Part shown: piece by piece, positions 21,285-31,245 of the stretch
Numbering within the stretch: position 1 is the first letter of the stretch
How the letters are laid out: every line of letters starts with the position of its first letter
DNA from: Thermoplasmata archaeon
GTDB taxonomy: Archaea; Thermoplasmatota; Thermoplasmata; Lutacidiplasmatales; UBA184
NCBI GenBank assembly: GCA_028864975.1
Contig: JAGWLG010000013.1
Location: 2,618 to 66,617 of the forward strand
Direction of reading: 5' to 3'
DNA: 64,000 nt
Translations under genes and position numbers: made by a program
Notes under the pieces: model-generated
The model's input: only the letters and a program-made list of their open reading frames with translations
What the model was told of the DNA's origin: nothing
Databases searched by the model: none

Positions 21285-23840
21285 TCAATCCGGTACCGTC
21301 ACCGGCTCGACGGTCCAGCTGGACCTACCGAGCAGCCCCAGGAGGATCGCGATCCCCAGGAGCGTGGTGGGTAGGAAGGCCCAGGGCAGCCAGGTCGCGG
21401 CCCCCGGGAGGGCGGGCTGGAGGGACCAGCCGACGAGCAGCCCGACGAAGGGATTGCAGACCAAGAGCGCGGAGCCGACCCGGTTCCGCAGTAGGACCCC
21501 GGCCTCGAGGGGGGCGTCCTCGGAACCGGTCGTCATCTCGGCGCGCACGAGCGCGACCGCATCCGAGAGCTCGATATGGTAGAGGAGCCGCAGGCCGACC
21601 GCGCCAAAGACCGCGACGAGCAGCGCCCAGGCACCCCCTCCCAACAGGGAGCCCGGACCCATCCCCCCTAGCACGGTGGCATCGGTCCGTGAGAACCCGC
21701 CGGTCGCCGCGACGAGGAAGAGCACGACGACCGCGAGCCCCGCGAACCAGCTCGCGTAGGCGAACAGGGCCGCGAGGCGGACCTTGTCCTGCGCCTCGCC
21801 CGCGGTCTCTGGGTCCTCGGTGAAGAAGCGCTCCGGCTCCACGCCGTAGACCCCCTGGAGGTTGCGACGGACCATCGCGTGGTAGGGCATCGACAGGAGG
21901 GCGCCCGCGGTCCCGCCGAGGATGGCGATCCAAGGGCCCCAACCGAAGGCCCCGCCCGAGCTCGGGACGAAGCTCAGCAAGGCGAGCGGGAGCCAGACCA
22001 GGGCCCAGACCTGGAGACCACGACGGTACGCGCTCAGGATGCGCTTGGGCTCGAGCCCCCCGCCATTGGCGGAGGTCGAGGCGTGCCCTGGAGATTGGGG
22101 CTTCGCGGCGTCGATGCGCCGTCGCGCTCGACGTGCGGTACCGATCCAAGCCAGCCCGACGATCACGATGAGGGCCGACAGCGCGCTCACCAGGGCGGGA
22201 GAGATCTCGGCGTTCTCCGTGAACGCGTAGGCCGCGAGCCCTTGGGTCGAGGTGCAGCCCTCGATGCAGATCGAGGTCCCGACCGCTGCCGCACCGCTCA
22301 TCGGGGCGGAAGGCGTGGTACCGCCGCCGGTGGGCGTCCCGCCCTGGTTCTGGGTGCTCTGCGGGCAGACATCGAGGCAGTTCGGGTTCCCCGAGGCCCC
22401 GATGGCGATCCAGTACCCCCCTCCGTCGAGGAGGGAGACGATCGGGAACTGCTCGCTCGCGGGGACGAGGAGCGAGCCCAAGGGAACATGGCACGCCTGC
22501 GAGATAGCGAAGGTCAACGTGTTCAGGTCCCAGCAGTCAACCCCTGTGCCCTTCGGCATCGTGGCCGCGATCTCGACCGTCGTCCCGTCGAGGGGGACCA
22601 GCGAGACGATCTCGGGCAGCTGGCTCAACCCTCCCCCATCCTGCTGGAGCTGGTAGAAAGGTAGCGAGGTGAAGTTGTTCGGGTCGCCCGTCAGTAGCGT
22701 CAGCGAGATCGGGGTGATGAGAACCGCGGGAGTGTCCGGATCCCCCTGTAGGGTCCAGCTCGCGGGGGGTGTGATGAGCGAGAGCGGGCCGCTCCCGAAC
22801 CCCGAGGAGCCAGGGAAGTGCATCCACAGCGCGAGCTCCGGGCTGGAGAGGCCGTTGGGGGTCTCGAGGAACGCCATCACGATGCCCTGAGACTCGGGAG
22901 CCATCTCGAGGCTCTCCTCCGAGGAGGGGAGCGTCGCGGTCCCGTTGGTCAGGTTCTGTTCCTTCGTCCAGCTGGCCCCGTAGTTCCCGCTGGTGATCGC
23001 GCTCACCTCTCCCGGAGCTCCACCGCAGGGCCCGACGGGTTGCTGGATCCAGGCCACGGCCTCCTCGCGGGCCTCGACCGAGGCTTGAAGCGACGTAACG
23101 ACCTCGCCGGGGGTCGAGACGACGCGAGCATTCCAGCTCGAACCCTCGTCCTGGCTCGTGGCCACGAGGATCGTGGAGTCCTGGTTGCATCCCCCGGGGG
23201 AACCTCCGCCCGTCCCTGGGGGGGTGGTGAGACCCGAAGCTGCCGTCAGGAGCATGTGGTTACCGTCCGCCGCCACGACGGCCAAGTCCCAGGATGCCCC
23301 GCCGGCCACCGCGTGGTAAGGGACGGCGCTCGGGCTCCACGTGAGGCCGCGGTCCGCGCTCTTCTCGAGGATCACGGAGCCTCCGTTGGACGAGGCCGCG
23401 AAGAGCTGGTTGTTCGCTTCCGCGAGAGCGAAGAAGCTCCCCGAGGGCGCGAGCATCGTGAACTGGTACTCCGGGTTCGCATTGGCCACGATGGCCACCG
23501 ACAGGCCGAGGAGGACGAGCGCGAAGCCGATCCCGCGGTTCCAGAGCTGCCCCTTGGGGTCGTCGAGATGCCAGCGACGCATCCTCGCCAGGACCTTGGG
23601 GGGGATCGGACGGGGCCGACGCTTGCGCGCCCTGCGAGGTGGAGGGGGAGGGAGGGGTGAGGACGGGGTTGGAGCAGCGGGGGAGGCAAGGGGTGTCCCG
23701 TCCGCAAAGCTGGGTCCTTCGGACCAGGTGGGAGCAGCTGACAACGGCCCCATCGGGATCGCTTCGGGAGCAGGGCGGGGAGGGATCGGAACGCGCGTTC
23801 GCTCGTTCTTGGCGTTCGAGTCGTAGGGTTCGGGGGTCAC
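21285..23840 (-). CDS. Large membrane protein with BNR/Asp-box beta-propeller ectodomain and polytopic C-terminal domain
   Basis: 851 aa. It has a Pro-rich cytoplasmic N-terminus and a TM (IGFALVLLGLSVAIVANA). Asp-box motifs are SADRGLTWS, SQDEGSSWN and SGNYGASWT. About seven hydrophobic helices occupy the last roughly 300 residues. Confidence 0.85.
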   Translation of the reverse strand: MTPEPYDSNAKNERTRVPIPPRPAPEAIPMGPLSAAPTWSEGPSFADGTPLASPAAPTPSSPLPPPPPRRARKRRPRPIPPKVLARMRRWHLDDPKGQLWNRGIGFALVLLGLSVAIVANANPEYQFTMLAPSGSFFALAEANNQLFAASSNGGSVILEKSADRGLTWSPSAVPYHAVAGGASWDLAVVAADGNHMLLTAASGLTTPPGTGGGSPGGCNQDSTILVATSQDEGSSWNARVVSTPGEVVTSLQASVEAREEAVAWIQQPVGPCGGAPGEVSAITSGNYGASWTKEQNLTNGTATLPSSEESLEMAPESQGIVMAFLETPNGLSSPELALWMHFPGSSGFGSGPLSLITPPASWTLQGDPDTPAVLITPISLTLLTGDPNNFTSLPFYQLQQDGGGLSQLPEIVSLVPLDGTTVEIAATMPKGTGVDCWDLNTLTFAISQACHVPLGSLLVPASEQFPIVSLLDGGGYWIAIGASGNPNCLDVCPQSTQNQGGTPTGGGTTPSAPMSGAAAVGTSICIEGCTSTQGLAAYAFTENAEISPALVSALSALIVIVGLAWIGTARRARRRIDAAKPQSPGHASTSANGGGLEPKRILSAYRRGLQVWALVWLPLALLSFVPSSGGAFGWGPWIAILGGTAGALLSMPYHAMVRRNLQGVYGVEPERFFTEDPETAGEAQDKVRLAALFAYASWFAGLAVVVLFLVAATGGFSRTDATVLGGMGPGSLLGGGAWALLVAVFGAVGLRLLYHIELSDAVALVRAEMTTGSEDAPLEAGVLLRNRVGSALLVCNPFVGLLVGWSLQPALPGAATWLPWAFLPTTLLGIAILLGLLGRSSWTVEPVTVPD

Positions 23841-23854
23841 TTCCGCACCTCGAG

Positions 23855-24253
23855 CTATACCATGTGGGAGAGGGGATCGTCCTCTTCCTCGGGTGGAGGG
23901 AGCTCCTCCACCGGGCGGGGCGGCGACGGAGGGGGTCGGAGCGGACCGCGTCGCGAGAGGAGCGTCGCGGCCCCTACCACCCAGAGCAGGAAGAAAACCC
24001 CGGAGCCGAGGAAGGGAAGAAGCAGTGGAGACGCGGAGAAGCTTGACGGGCCATTCGCGGCGCTAGGGGGGGTGCCGTTCCCCGTGCAGTTCACGTGGCA
24101 GGTAGGAGCGCCGGCCGTGGGCCCGGAGTGGCCCTCGATTGTCAGGGTCATTCCAATGGCGAAGAAGAGAAGTGCGAGAAGTCCCACGACCCAAACGAAG
24201 CTCCGAAGCGGGCCCCAGGAACTCTCGCGTTCCGGAGGGGAGGGCGAGGACAT
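23855..24253 (-). CDS. Small two-TM membrane protein
   Basis: 132 aa with two hydrophobic helices (FVWVVGLLALLFFAIGMTL; LLLPFLGSGVFFLLWVVGAATLL). It lies immediately upstream of 21285..23840 on the same strand. Confidence 0.55.
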   Translation of the reverse strand: MSSPSPPERESSWGPLRSFVWVVGLLALLFFAIGMTLTIEGHSGPTAGAPTCHVNCTGNGTPPSAANGPSSFSASPLLLPFLGSGVFFLLWVVGAATLLSRRGPLRPPPSPPRPVEELPPPEEEDDPLSHMV

Positions 24254-24351
24254 CGAGAGAAGGATGAGGCGCGGCGGACTTCAACGAGCCTACAAGTACA
24301 GGGTCGAGGGTTGTACACCGTGCCACGGTGTGAACACCAGGGGCATCGTCG

Positions 24352-25416
24352 TTGCGCGAGCTCACTCCGTCGGAGCACCGGACCCTTCTTGCGATCCTGG
24401 CCCTTCCAGGGAGCACGGAACGGGAGAGGATCCGCTGGTCCCACCTCCCGAGCTCCACCTACAACGTCGTCAAGCGTCGTCTCTACGCGCAGGGTTGGGT
24501 GGAGGACCGGTGGGTCCCCCAGCCAGGCCCGCTCGGGTTCTCCGAGGTCGAGCTGCGGCTCGAGCGCCCCTTCGCCGCCGAACGGGGCAGTCTCGAACGG
24601 GTGCAGTCCTCCGACCTCTCGCGGGTCCTTCTATGGTCCGGGGTCCATGGGGTTCTTTCGGTCGCGTTCCGCGAGGACGCCGGAGATGCGCCCGGGGGAC
24701 ATCTTGGTCAAGGACGCGACTTTGTCGTTCGAGCTCGCCCCCGCGAGGGGAGCGTTCCGGTCTATTTCGACTACTCTGGGCTGTGGGCCCGGTTCGCCGG
24801 TGAGACGATCCCCCCGGAGTACCCCCGAGGACTGGACCTTCGACCCGCTCCCGCCCCGGACCGGGAGCGGGCGGCCGCGCGGAGGGCCGTGGGGGGCTTG
24901 GGCCCGCCCGATGCCGAGGAGACCTCGCACCGATGGACGAACCTGCTTCGGCTCCCGCGCAGCCAACGGAGAGCGGTGGTGGGAGGGCTCGTCTCGGCGC
25001 GGAGCCTGCCGAACCTGGCGCGGCTGCCGCCGTGGGAGGGACGACGGTTGGGGGAGGTCCTGCTCGTGGTGGGCAGGGCGCGGGACCGCTCAGCCCCTTC
25101 GCGACTGCTGAACGCTCTGACGAAGGACCGGGGGGTGTTCCCCTTTCTCTTCGCGGAGGGACACGGCTCGGTCTTGCTCGCGGGGATCGGCCAGACCAGT
25201 GCGCGGGACCCGGGGCGGGTCCCTGTTCGGTCGGCTCGGGGCTCCGTCCTCTCCACTATCAACGCGCACCTGGACCAGGTGGAGGTCCTCATTGAACCCG
25301 TCGAGGGCCTGCGGGCGGTGGTGGACCACCGCTATGCGTCGCTCTTCGCAGGGGACCTTCCTTTCCCTCCCGTCGGCCGAGGTGAGACCACGACGAAGGC
25401 CGCCCCGCACAGGTAG
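24352..25416 (+). CDS. Hypothetical protein with N-terminal wHTH-like segment
   Basis: 354 aa with a TTG start, so the start is uncertain. The N-terminus (LTPSEHRTLLAILALPG...YNVVKRRLYAQGWVE) looks like a winged helix. The two halves look loosely similar to each other. Confidence 0.5.
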   Translation: MRELTPSEHRTLLAILALPGSTERERIRWSHLPSSTYNVVKRRLYAQGWVEDRWVPQPGPLGFSEVELRLERPFAAERGSLERVQSSDLSRVLLWSGVHGVLSVAFREDAGDAPGGHLGQGRDFVVRARPREGSVPVYFDYSGLWARFAGETIPPEYPRGLDLRPAPAPDRERAAARRAVGGLGPPDAEETSHRWTNLLRLPRSQRRAVVGGLVSARSLPNLARLPPWEGRRLGEVLLVVGRARDRSAPSRLLNALTKDRGVFPFLFAEGHGSVLLAGIGQTSARDPGRVPVRSARGSVLSTINAHLDQVEVLIEPVEGLRAVVDHRYASLFAGDLPFPPVGRGETTTKAAPHR

Positions 25417-25521
25417 GGGGAGGAGGACCCTTCCCCGCCGCATCACCCCCCGACACACCCCGAGGGGTCCGGCACGGTGTCGGTTCATCCGACATCGTGT
25501 CCAAATACCGGCGGGAGATGC

Positions 25522-28500
25522 ATGCGTGAGCATCGCATGCCGTCCTCACCCCCGGGCCTGCGCGCGCACGACGGAATCGCCGAAAGCCCCCCGACCTCTG
25601 GACGACTTGCTGGAGCGCTCGCTCCGTCCAAGCGCCATGCGCTGCGGGGCGCTGTGCTCCTGGTGGCCCTGCTGGCCCTGATCGGCGTCCCCGGAGCCCA
25701 AGCCGCGGCAGGGCCTTCGGCGGCCGCGCACGCCGCGTCCGGCCAGGCGCTCCCGGGAGGTCTCTCGATGATGCCCGCGAGCTACGGAGTGATGCCGACC
25801 CACGTGCAGCTCCTCTCCGCGGTGCCGGCGTCGCGGGCCATCTCCGTCAACATCGAGATGGGGTTCGCGGACGAGGCGCAGGCCCAGGCGTTCGCCAGCG
25901 CGGTCGCGACCCCGGGGTCACCCTCGTACGGCCACTACATCCCCGGGGCGGAGTACGTGGGGCTCTTTGGGGCCGAGCCAGGCACCGTGAACGCGCTCGG
26001 GAGCTACTTCGAGAGCTACGGCCTCACGTTCCATTCGCTGGACAAGCTCGGGCTGCTCTACTCGGTCAGCGGGAACGTGGGCGAGCTCGATTCCGCGCTT
26101 CACACCACGCTCTGGACCCAGCAGGCCGGGGGGAAGGTCGCGGTCGCGCCGCTCACCGCCCCCTCCCTGCCCTCCTCCCTTGCCCCCTGGGTCGAGGGAT
26201 TCCACAACCTGAACGGCTTCGACCTCCCCCACCCGCTCTACCAGACGGCGCCGAAGATCACCGCTGCCGCGATCTCCGTTGCGGCCATGCAGGGCGCGTA
26301 TGACGCGACCCCGCTCCTCTCGGGCGGGGACACCGGGAGCGCCCACACCATCGGGCTGTCGGAGATGTGCGACCCCGGAGAGACCACGAGCCAGTACTCG
26401 AGCGACGCGAGCTCCTTCGACTCCTCCTACGGTACCCCCGCCAACAGCATCACCTACTCCGACGGCGGCGCGACGAGCTGCACCAGCGGCTCCTCCGGCT
26501 GGGGGACGGAGACCGACCTCGACATCCAGTGGTCCCACGTCATCGCGACGGGGGCGGCCCAGAACGTCTGCCTGGACAACACCGACCCGTCGATCTGCGA
26601 CAGCAACTTCGTTTCGGGCGGGATCATCTTCGGTTCGAACAGCTGGGGCGGGGGAGGGCCCTACCACTCGATCTGGCAATCGGCCATGTCGGCGGGCGAC
26701 ACACTCCTCGCCTCGTCCGGTGACAGCTGCTCCGGCGTGAGCTACCCCGCGGGAGAGCCCGACGGGGTCGGGGTGGGCGGCACATCGCTCACCGTGAGCG
26801 GCAACTCCTACGGAAGCGAGACCGCCTGGAGCTGCTCGGGAGGCTCGGGCACCGGTGGTGGCTGCGACACCGCGGATGCCGCTCCCAGTTACCAGGTCGG
26901 CATGACCGGCTATCCGGGGGCCTGCGCGAGCGGTAACCGCGGAGACCCGGACGTGGGGATGGACGCGGACCCGAACACCGGGGTCGCGGTCGTCACGCCC
27001 ACCGGGACGATCCAGGTAGGAGGGACCTCGCTCGCTTGCCCGATGTGGGCCGCCGCTCTGGACCTTGTCTCCCAGAAGGCGAGCTTCACCGGGTTCATGG
27101 CCCCCAACATCTACGGCCTCGCCAAGTCCTCGGCCTACGCGACCGACTTCCACGACGTCACGAGCGGGAACAACGGCTACGCCGCGACTGTTGGATGGGA
27201 CCCGGACACGGGGGTCGGCTCCCCCGACATCAACCAGATCGCCCTCGGGTGGATCGCCCCGCTCACCACGAGCTTCTCGGCGACTCCCGCGACCGTCGAA
27301 GCCGGCGCGACCGTCACGCTGACCGCGGGGGCGAACGGCGGTTCAACCCCCTATAGCTACACTTGGACCCTCAACGGGTCGACGACCCTCGCCACGACCA
27401 CGACCTCCCCCTACAGCTGGGTCCCCCTGCACGCGGCTACCTACACGGTCGGGGTGACCGTGAAGGACAACAGCGGCAAGACCGCGACCGGAGGGCCCGC
27501 GACGATCACCGTGACCCCGGGACCCTCGGTCGTCTTCACCGCCACCCCTGGTTCGGTGGATGGCGGTCAGGCGGTCTCCATGACCGCGACACCGAGCGGA
27601 GGGAGCGGTGTCTACCCGACCTACGACTGGACCCTCAACGGGACCATCCTCCTAGCCACCTCCTCGGGGAGCCACACCTGGACCGCCCCCGACCACGACT
27701 TCGCGGCGGCCCTGGGGGTCCGGGTCTTTGACAGCGCCGGGGGCAGCGCGATCGCGAGCACGACCATCAATGTGTTCGCGACCCCCACGGTGACCCTCAG
27801 CGTTTCCACGGCCGGTCCGATCGATGTGCTCACCCCCGTGACGCTGTCGGCGGGAGGATGGGGAGGCGCGACCCCGATCACCTACACGTTCCTCGCGAAC
27901 GGCACGACCGTTCTCTACACCGGTCCGAGCGCGACCCCAACCGCCTGGAGCCCCCAGGGCCCTGGGACGTACACGCTGGCCGTTGAAGTGAAGGACGCGA
28001 ACGGCCTCACCGCGCGTTCGGCCAATGCGAGCCTTCAGGTGAACGCGAACCCGTCGGTCACGATCACCGGGCTGAGCAGCCCGGTCGTCGACACCGGGAC
28101 CTACGTCCAGCTCCAAGCCCACGTGAACGGTGGGACGAACTGCTGTACGTTCACCTGGAAGATCAACGGTGTCGTCCAGACCGGGGCCGGCTCGAGCACG
28201 TACTCGTTCCGCGCTCCTCCTCCTGGAACCGACTCCATCACCGTGACCGTTCTGGACGGGGTCGGGCGGTCCGCGGCGTCTCAGCCTCTTTCCCTCCAAG
28301 TGAACTCGGACCCGACCATCAGCCTGCAAGGGTCGAACACCGTGGAGGCGGGAGCCACCGACCCGCTGAACGCGGCCGTGGCCCAGGGGACCACCCCGTA
28401 CTCCTACTCGTGGACCTCGCTGCAGGTCGGGGGCGGAGGTGGACCTGCGCCGGTCGGCTCGAACTCGGCGAGCTACGGTTTCTCCTCGACCACCATCGGC

Positions 28501-28932
28501 CCGTACATCGTCACGGTCACGGTCACGGACTCGGGCGGTTCGAAGGTCTCCGCCAGTCTGACGATCAACGTGACCGCCGTGCCGGCTTGGTACGAGACCC
28601 CGTTCATCCCGGGGACGAGCGCCGCGGAGAGCTGGGGGATCATGGCCATCGTCATCGTGGCCGTCGTCGTGACCCTCGCCGTGGTCGCGGCGCGTCACCG
28701 CAAGAAGGTCCGCGGTGGCGACACTGCGGTCATGGGGAGCGCCGCGGCCGGCACCTACTCGCCGGTGCAAGCCTCGGGATACTGCCGCGCATGCGCGGCG
28801 CCACTGGCGTGGGGCGCTCCGAGCTGCGGACGCTGCGGCGCGCCGGTCGCGGGCCCCGGGGGCCTACCTCCTGGTTACCCGGCACAATACCCTCCTCAGT
28901 ACCCGCCCCAGTACCCGCCTCCGGGTCGCTGA
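25522..28932 (+). CDS. Sedolisin (S53) family serine protease with pro-kumamolisin-type propeptide, multiple PKD-like domains, C-terminal TM and cytoplasmic zinc-ribbon/PPxY tail
   Basis: The ATG at 25522 is used and the signal is RGAVLLVALLALIGVPGAQA. The propeptide region is SPSYGHYIPGAEYVGLFGAEPGTVNALGSYFESYGLTF. Catalytic-region motifs are TETDLDIQWSH and VGGTSLACPMWAAALDL. Five or six Ig/PKD-like repeats follow (GGSTPYSYTWTLNG, YPTYDWTLNGT, TPYSYSWTS...). The TM is IMAIVIVAVVVTLAVVAARHRKK, followed by CRACAAPLAWGAPSCGRCGAPV and PPGYPAQYPPQYPPQYPPPG. Confidence 0.9.
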   Translation: MREHRMPSSPPGLRAHDGIAESPPTSGRLAGALAPSKRHALRGAVLLVALLALIGVPGAQAAAGPSAAAHAASGQALPGGLSMMPASYGVMPTHVQLLSAVPASRAISVNIEMGFADEAQAQAFASAVATPGSPSYGHYIPGAEYVGLFGAEPGTVNALGSYFESYGLTFHSLDKLGLLYSVSGNVGELDSALHTTLWTQQAGGKVAVAPLTAPSLPSSLAPWVEGFHNLNGFDLPHPLYQTAPKITAAAISVAAMQGAYDATPLLSGGDTGSAHTIGLSEMCDPGETTSQYSSDASSFDSSYGTPANSITYSDGGATSCTSGSSGWGTETDLDIQWSHVIATGAAQNVCLDNTDPSICDSNFVSGGIIFGSNSWGGGGPYHSIWQSAMSAGDTLLASSGDSCSGVSYPAGEPDGVGVGGTSLTVSGNSYGSETAWSCSGGSGTGGGCDTADAAPSYQVGMTGYPGACASGNRGDPDVGMDADPNTGVAVVTPTGTIQVGGTSLACPMWAAALDLVSQKASFTGFMAPNIYGLAKSSAYATDFHDVTSGNNGYAATVGWDPDTGVGSPDINQIALGWIAPLTTSFSATPATVEAGATVTLTAGANGGSTPYSYTWTLNGSTTLATTTTSPYSWVPLHAATYTVGVTVKDNSGKTATGGPATITVTPGPSVVFTATPGSVDGGQAVSMTATPSGGSGVYPTYDWTLNGTILLATSSGSHTWTAPDHDFAAALGVRVFDSAGGSAIASTTINVFATPTVTLSVSTAGPIDVLTPVTLSAGGWGGATPITYTFLANGTTVLYTGPSATPTAWSPQGPGTYTLAVEVKDANGLTARSANASLQVNANPSVTITGLSSPVVDTGTYVQLQAHVNGGTNCCTFTWKINGVVQTGAGSSTYSFRAPPPGTDSITVTVLDGVGRSAASQPLSLQVNSDPTISLQGSNTVEAGATDPLNAAVAQGTTPYSYSWTSLQVGGGGGPAPVGSNSASYGFSSTTIGPYIVTVTVTDSGGSKVSASLTINVTAVPAWYETPFIPGTSAAESWGIMAIVIVAVVVTLAVVAARHRKKVRGGDTAVMGSAAAGTYSPVQASGYCRACAAPLAWGAPSCGRCGAPVAGPGGLPPGYPAQYPPQYPPQYPPPGR

Positions 28933-29319
28933 ACGCTCGCCTACGCCACGGGCCTCCCGCGCTCTGGGTGCGGGCGTGACCCGGCGGCCCGGAGCGGTCG
29001 CGAACGCCGGCGGTCCAGCAGACTACTCTGACCACCGGAAGCCCGCGGAGACGTTGTCCTCCTCGCTATGTCGTCGCCTTTCGGAGCGACCACCTCCGAT
29101 GCCCGACGGCGGTCGCGGTGGCACGCTCCGGCGGCAGAGGGAAGAAAGAAGCTCGGGATCGAGGGGGGTAGAGGAAGAACCACCACCCCAACATGTTGGA
29201 TTCCAAGGCCAAGAACGTCGAGGGCCTCCCCCGTCCGTGCGTCGGTGCCCTCGGCCAAGCCTGAAAACTTTCCCCCCTTCCGATCTGTGAAAGGGTGCCG
29301 ACCCGACGCCACCACGAGC

Positions 29320-31224
29320 ATGACCTCGGAAGCACGACGGCTCTGGCTTTGGAGCAAGCGGAAGCTCTCCATACCTTGGACCAAGGAGCTCGGCCTCCGG
29401 GGGGGCGGGTGGAGCAAGGTCTCCCGCGACCTCGCCCGCTGGGCCGTCATCGCGGTCCCCATCGGGCTGGTGGCCGGGCTGGGAGCCGCGCTCTTCTACG
29501 CCATCTGGCTCGTGGCGCAGGACTTCTTCTTCGGCGTGCTCCTGGGGATCTCGGTCCCCCTCCCTGGCCCGAACCTCATCCGCTGGACCAGTTCGTTCCC
29601 GCGTGTCCTCCTCCTTCCTGCCGTGATGGGTCTGGGGGGGGCCGGGGCCGGGTACATCGCCCAGCTCCTGGCCCCTGAGGTCGCGGGACACGGGACGGAC
29701 CAAACCATACGCGCCTTCCATCAAGGGGAGGGGAAGATCCGCGCCCGGGTCCCGATCCTCAAGATCCTGGCCAGCAGCTTGACCCTGGGCACCGGAGGTA
29801 GCGGCGGGCGAGAGGGGCCGGTGAGCCAGATCGGAGGGGGTTTCGGTTCCTGGTGGGCGGACATCCTGGGGCTGTCGGCCCGGGAGCGACGTATCGCCCT
29901 CGCGTCCGGGCTCGGAGCCGGGGTGGGCGCGATCTTCCGTGCGCCGCTCGGAGGCGCCATCTATTCCGCCGAGATCTTCTACACGGGCGACTTCGAGCCG
30001 GACGTCTTCGTGCCCTCCATCATCTCCTCGGTGGTCAGCTACTCCATCTTCGGGGAGATCTTCGGATGGACGAGCCTCTTCGCGACCCCGTCCAACTTGG
30101 GCTGGACCGTCCCGCAGATCCCCCTCTACGCCCTGCTCGGGGTCATCTGCGCCGCCGCGGGGGTGGGGTTCGTGCGGCTCTTCCACAGCATGCATGGCTG
30201 GTTCTCCCAAAGCACGTTGCCCCTCTCGCTGCGAGCCGGGGGCGGGGCGGTCCTCGCGAGCGCGTGCGTTCTGGCGGTCTACTTCGCCTTCCCCGCTTAC
30301 AATCACTTCGCCGCGCTCTCCGCACTGGGGGTCGGTTACGGCTTCGTCCAGGCGGCGATGATGGGCCAGGGGGGCTTCCTGGTCTTCGCGCCCATCGCTC
30401 TCGTCTCGATCGTCGTCGCGGTCGTGCTGCGGATGTTCACGACCTCTCTCACGGTGGGCAGCGGAGGGAGCGCAGGCCTCTTCGGGACCAGCGTGGTCGT
30501 GGGAGCTTTGCTCGGGGCGAGCGTGGGGGGCTTCTTTCACTGGCTCTCTCCCGCCCTCGTCAGCGTGGCGGACGTGGCCGCCTTCGTCATCGTCGGGATG
30601 ATGGCCTTCTTCGGAGGGATCTCGAAGGCCCCGCTGGCCGTCCTCGTGATGGTCGTGGAAATGGCCGGGAGCTACACGCTGCTCCTGCCGGCCATGCTCG
30701 CGATCTTCCTGGCCTACGTCATGACGGGAAGCGACCACCTGTACATCGAACAGATCTCGACGCGGCTACGGAGCCCCGCACATCGGGACGAGTACCGACA
30801 GGCGGTCCTGGGCGAGGTGCCGGTGCTCGCGCTCACCCGGACGGACCTGCGTCGTGTCCCCCCCGGGAGCACGGTGGAGCAGGTCCTGGCGCAGAACATC
30901 GGGTCCCGCCAGTCCTTCTTCCCCGTGGTGCAAGGGGAGACCTGGCTGGGTGTGGTCACGCTCTCGGACCTCCGCTCCGTCCCCGCCGCCGAGCGGGCCG
31001 ACCGTACGGTCGAGGACCTGGTCCGACCCTTCGAGGTCACCGTGGACGAGGGGTCCTCCGCGGCCGACGCCCTGAGGTCGCTCGACCGGGCAGGCGCGGA
31101 AGAGGCGGCAGTCCTGACCGGCGGCCCGGAGATCCGGGTGGCCGGGGTGATCACGCGACGCAGCCTCCAGCAGCTCCGGGCGTCGGCCGGAGGCCTCATG
31201 ACGGAGGAGACCGGTGCTACCTGA
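29320..31224 (+). CDS. ClC-family chloride channel/antiporter with C-terminal CBS-domain pair
   Basis: The ATG at 29320 lies inside track ORF 29068..31224. ClC signatures are present (GSGGREGP, GAIFRAPLGGAIYSAE, GSAGLFGTS). Two CBS-like segments occupy the C-terminus (FFPVVQGETWLGVVTLSDL; AAVLTGGPEIRVAGVITRRSL). Confidence 0.93.
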   Translation: MTSEARRLWLWSKRKLSIPWTKELGLRGGGWSKVSRDLARWAVIAVPIGLVAGLGAALFYAIWLVAQDFFFGVLLGISVPLPGPNLIRWTSSFPRVLLLPAVMGLGGAGAGYIAQLLAPEVAGHGTDQTIRAFHQGEGKIRARVPILKILASSLTLGTGGSGGREGPVSQIGGGFGSWWADILGLSARERRIALASGLGAGVGAIFRAPLGGAIYSAEIFYTGDFEPDVFVPSIISSVVSYSIFGEIFGWTSLFATPSNLGWTVPQIPLYALLGVICAAAGVGFVRLFHSMHGWFSQSTLPLSLRAGGGAVLASACVLAVYFAFPAYNHFAALSALGVGYGFVQAAMMGQGGFLVFAPIALVSIVVAVVLRMFTTSLTVGSGGSAGLFGTSVVVGALLGASVGGFFHWLSPALVSVADVAAFVIVGMMAFFGGISKAPLAVLVMVVEMAGSYTLLLPAMLAIFLAYVMTGSDHLYIEQISTRLRSPAHRDEYRQAVLGEVPVLALTRTDLRRVPPGSTVEQVLAQNIGSRQSFFPVVQGETWLGVVTLSDLRSVPAAERADRTVEDLVRPFEVTVDEGSSAADALRSLDRAGAEEAAVLTGGPEIRVAGVITRRSLQQLRASAGGLMTEETGAT

Positions 31225-31245
31225 GCGAGGAAGGTCGGTCGGAGG

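Noticed and set aside
28933-29319. A possible fluoride riboswitch or other leader upstream of the ClC gene, including the palindrome CCAACATGTTGG (29187-29198).
   Set aside because: I saw no match to the crcB-motif consensus. The ClC has CBS domains, which is typical of ordinary ClC rather than the fluoride-specific type. A 12-nt palindrome alone is not evidence.
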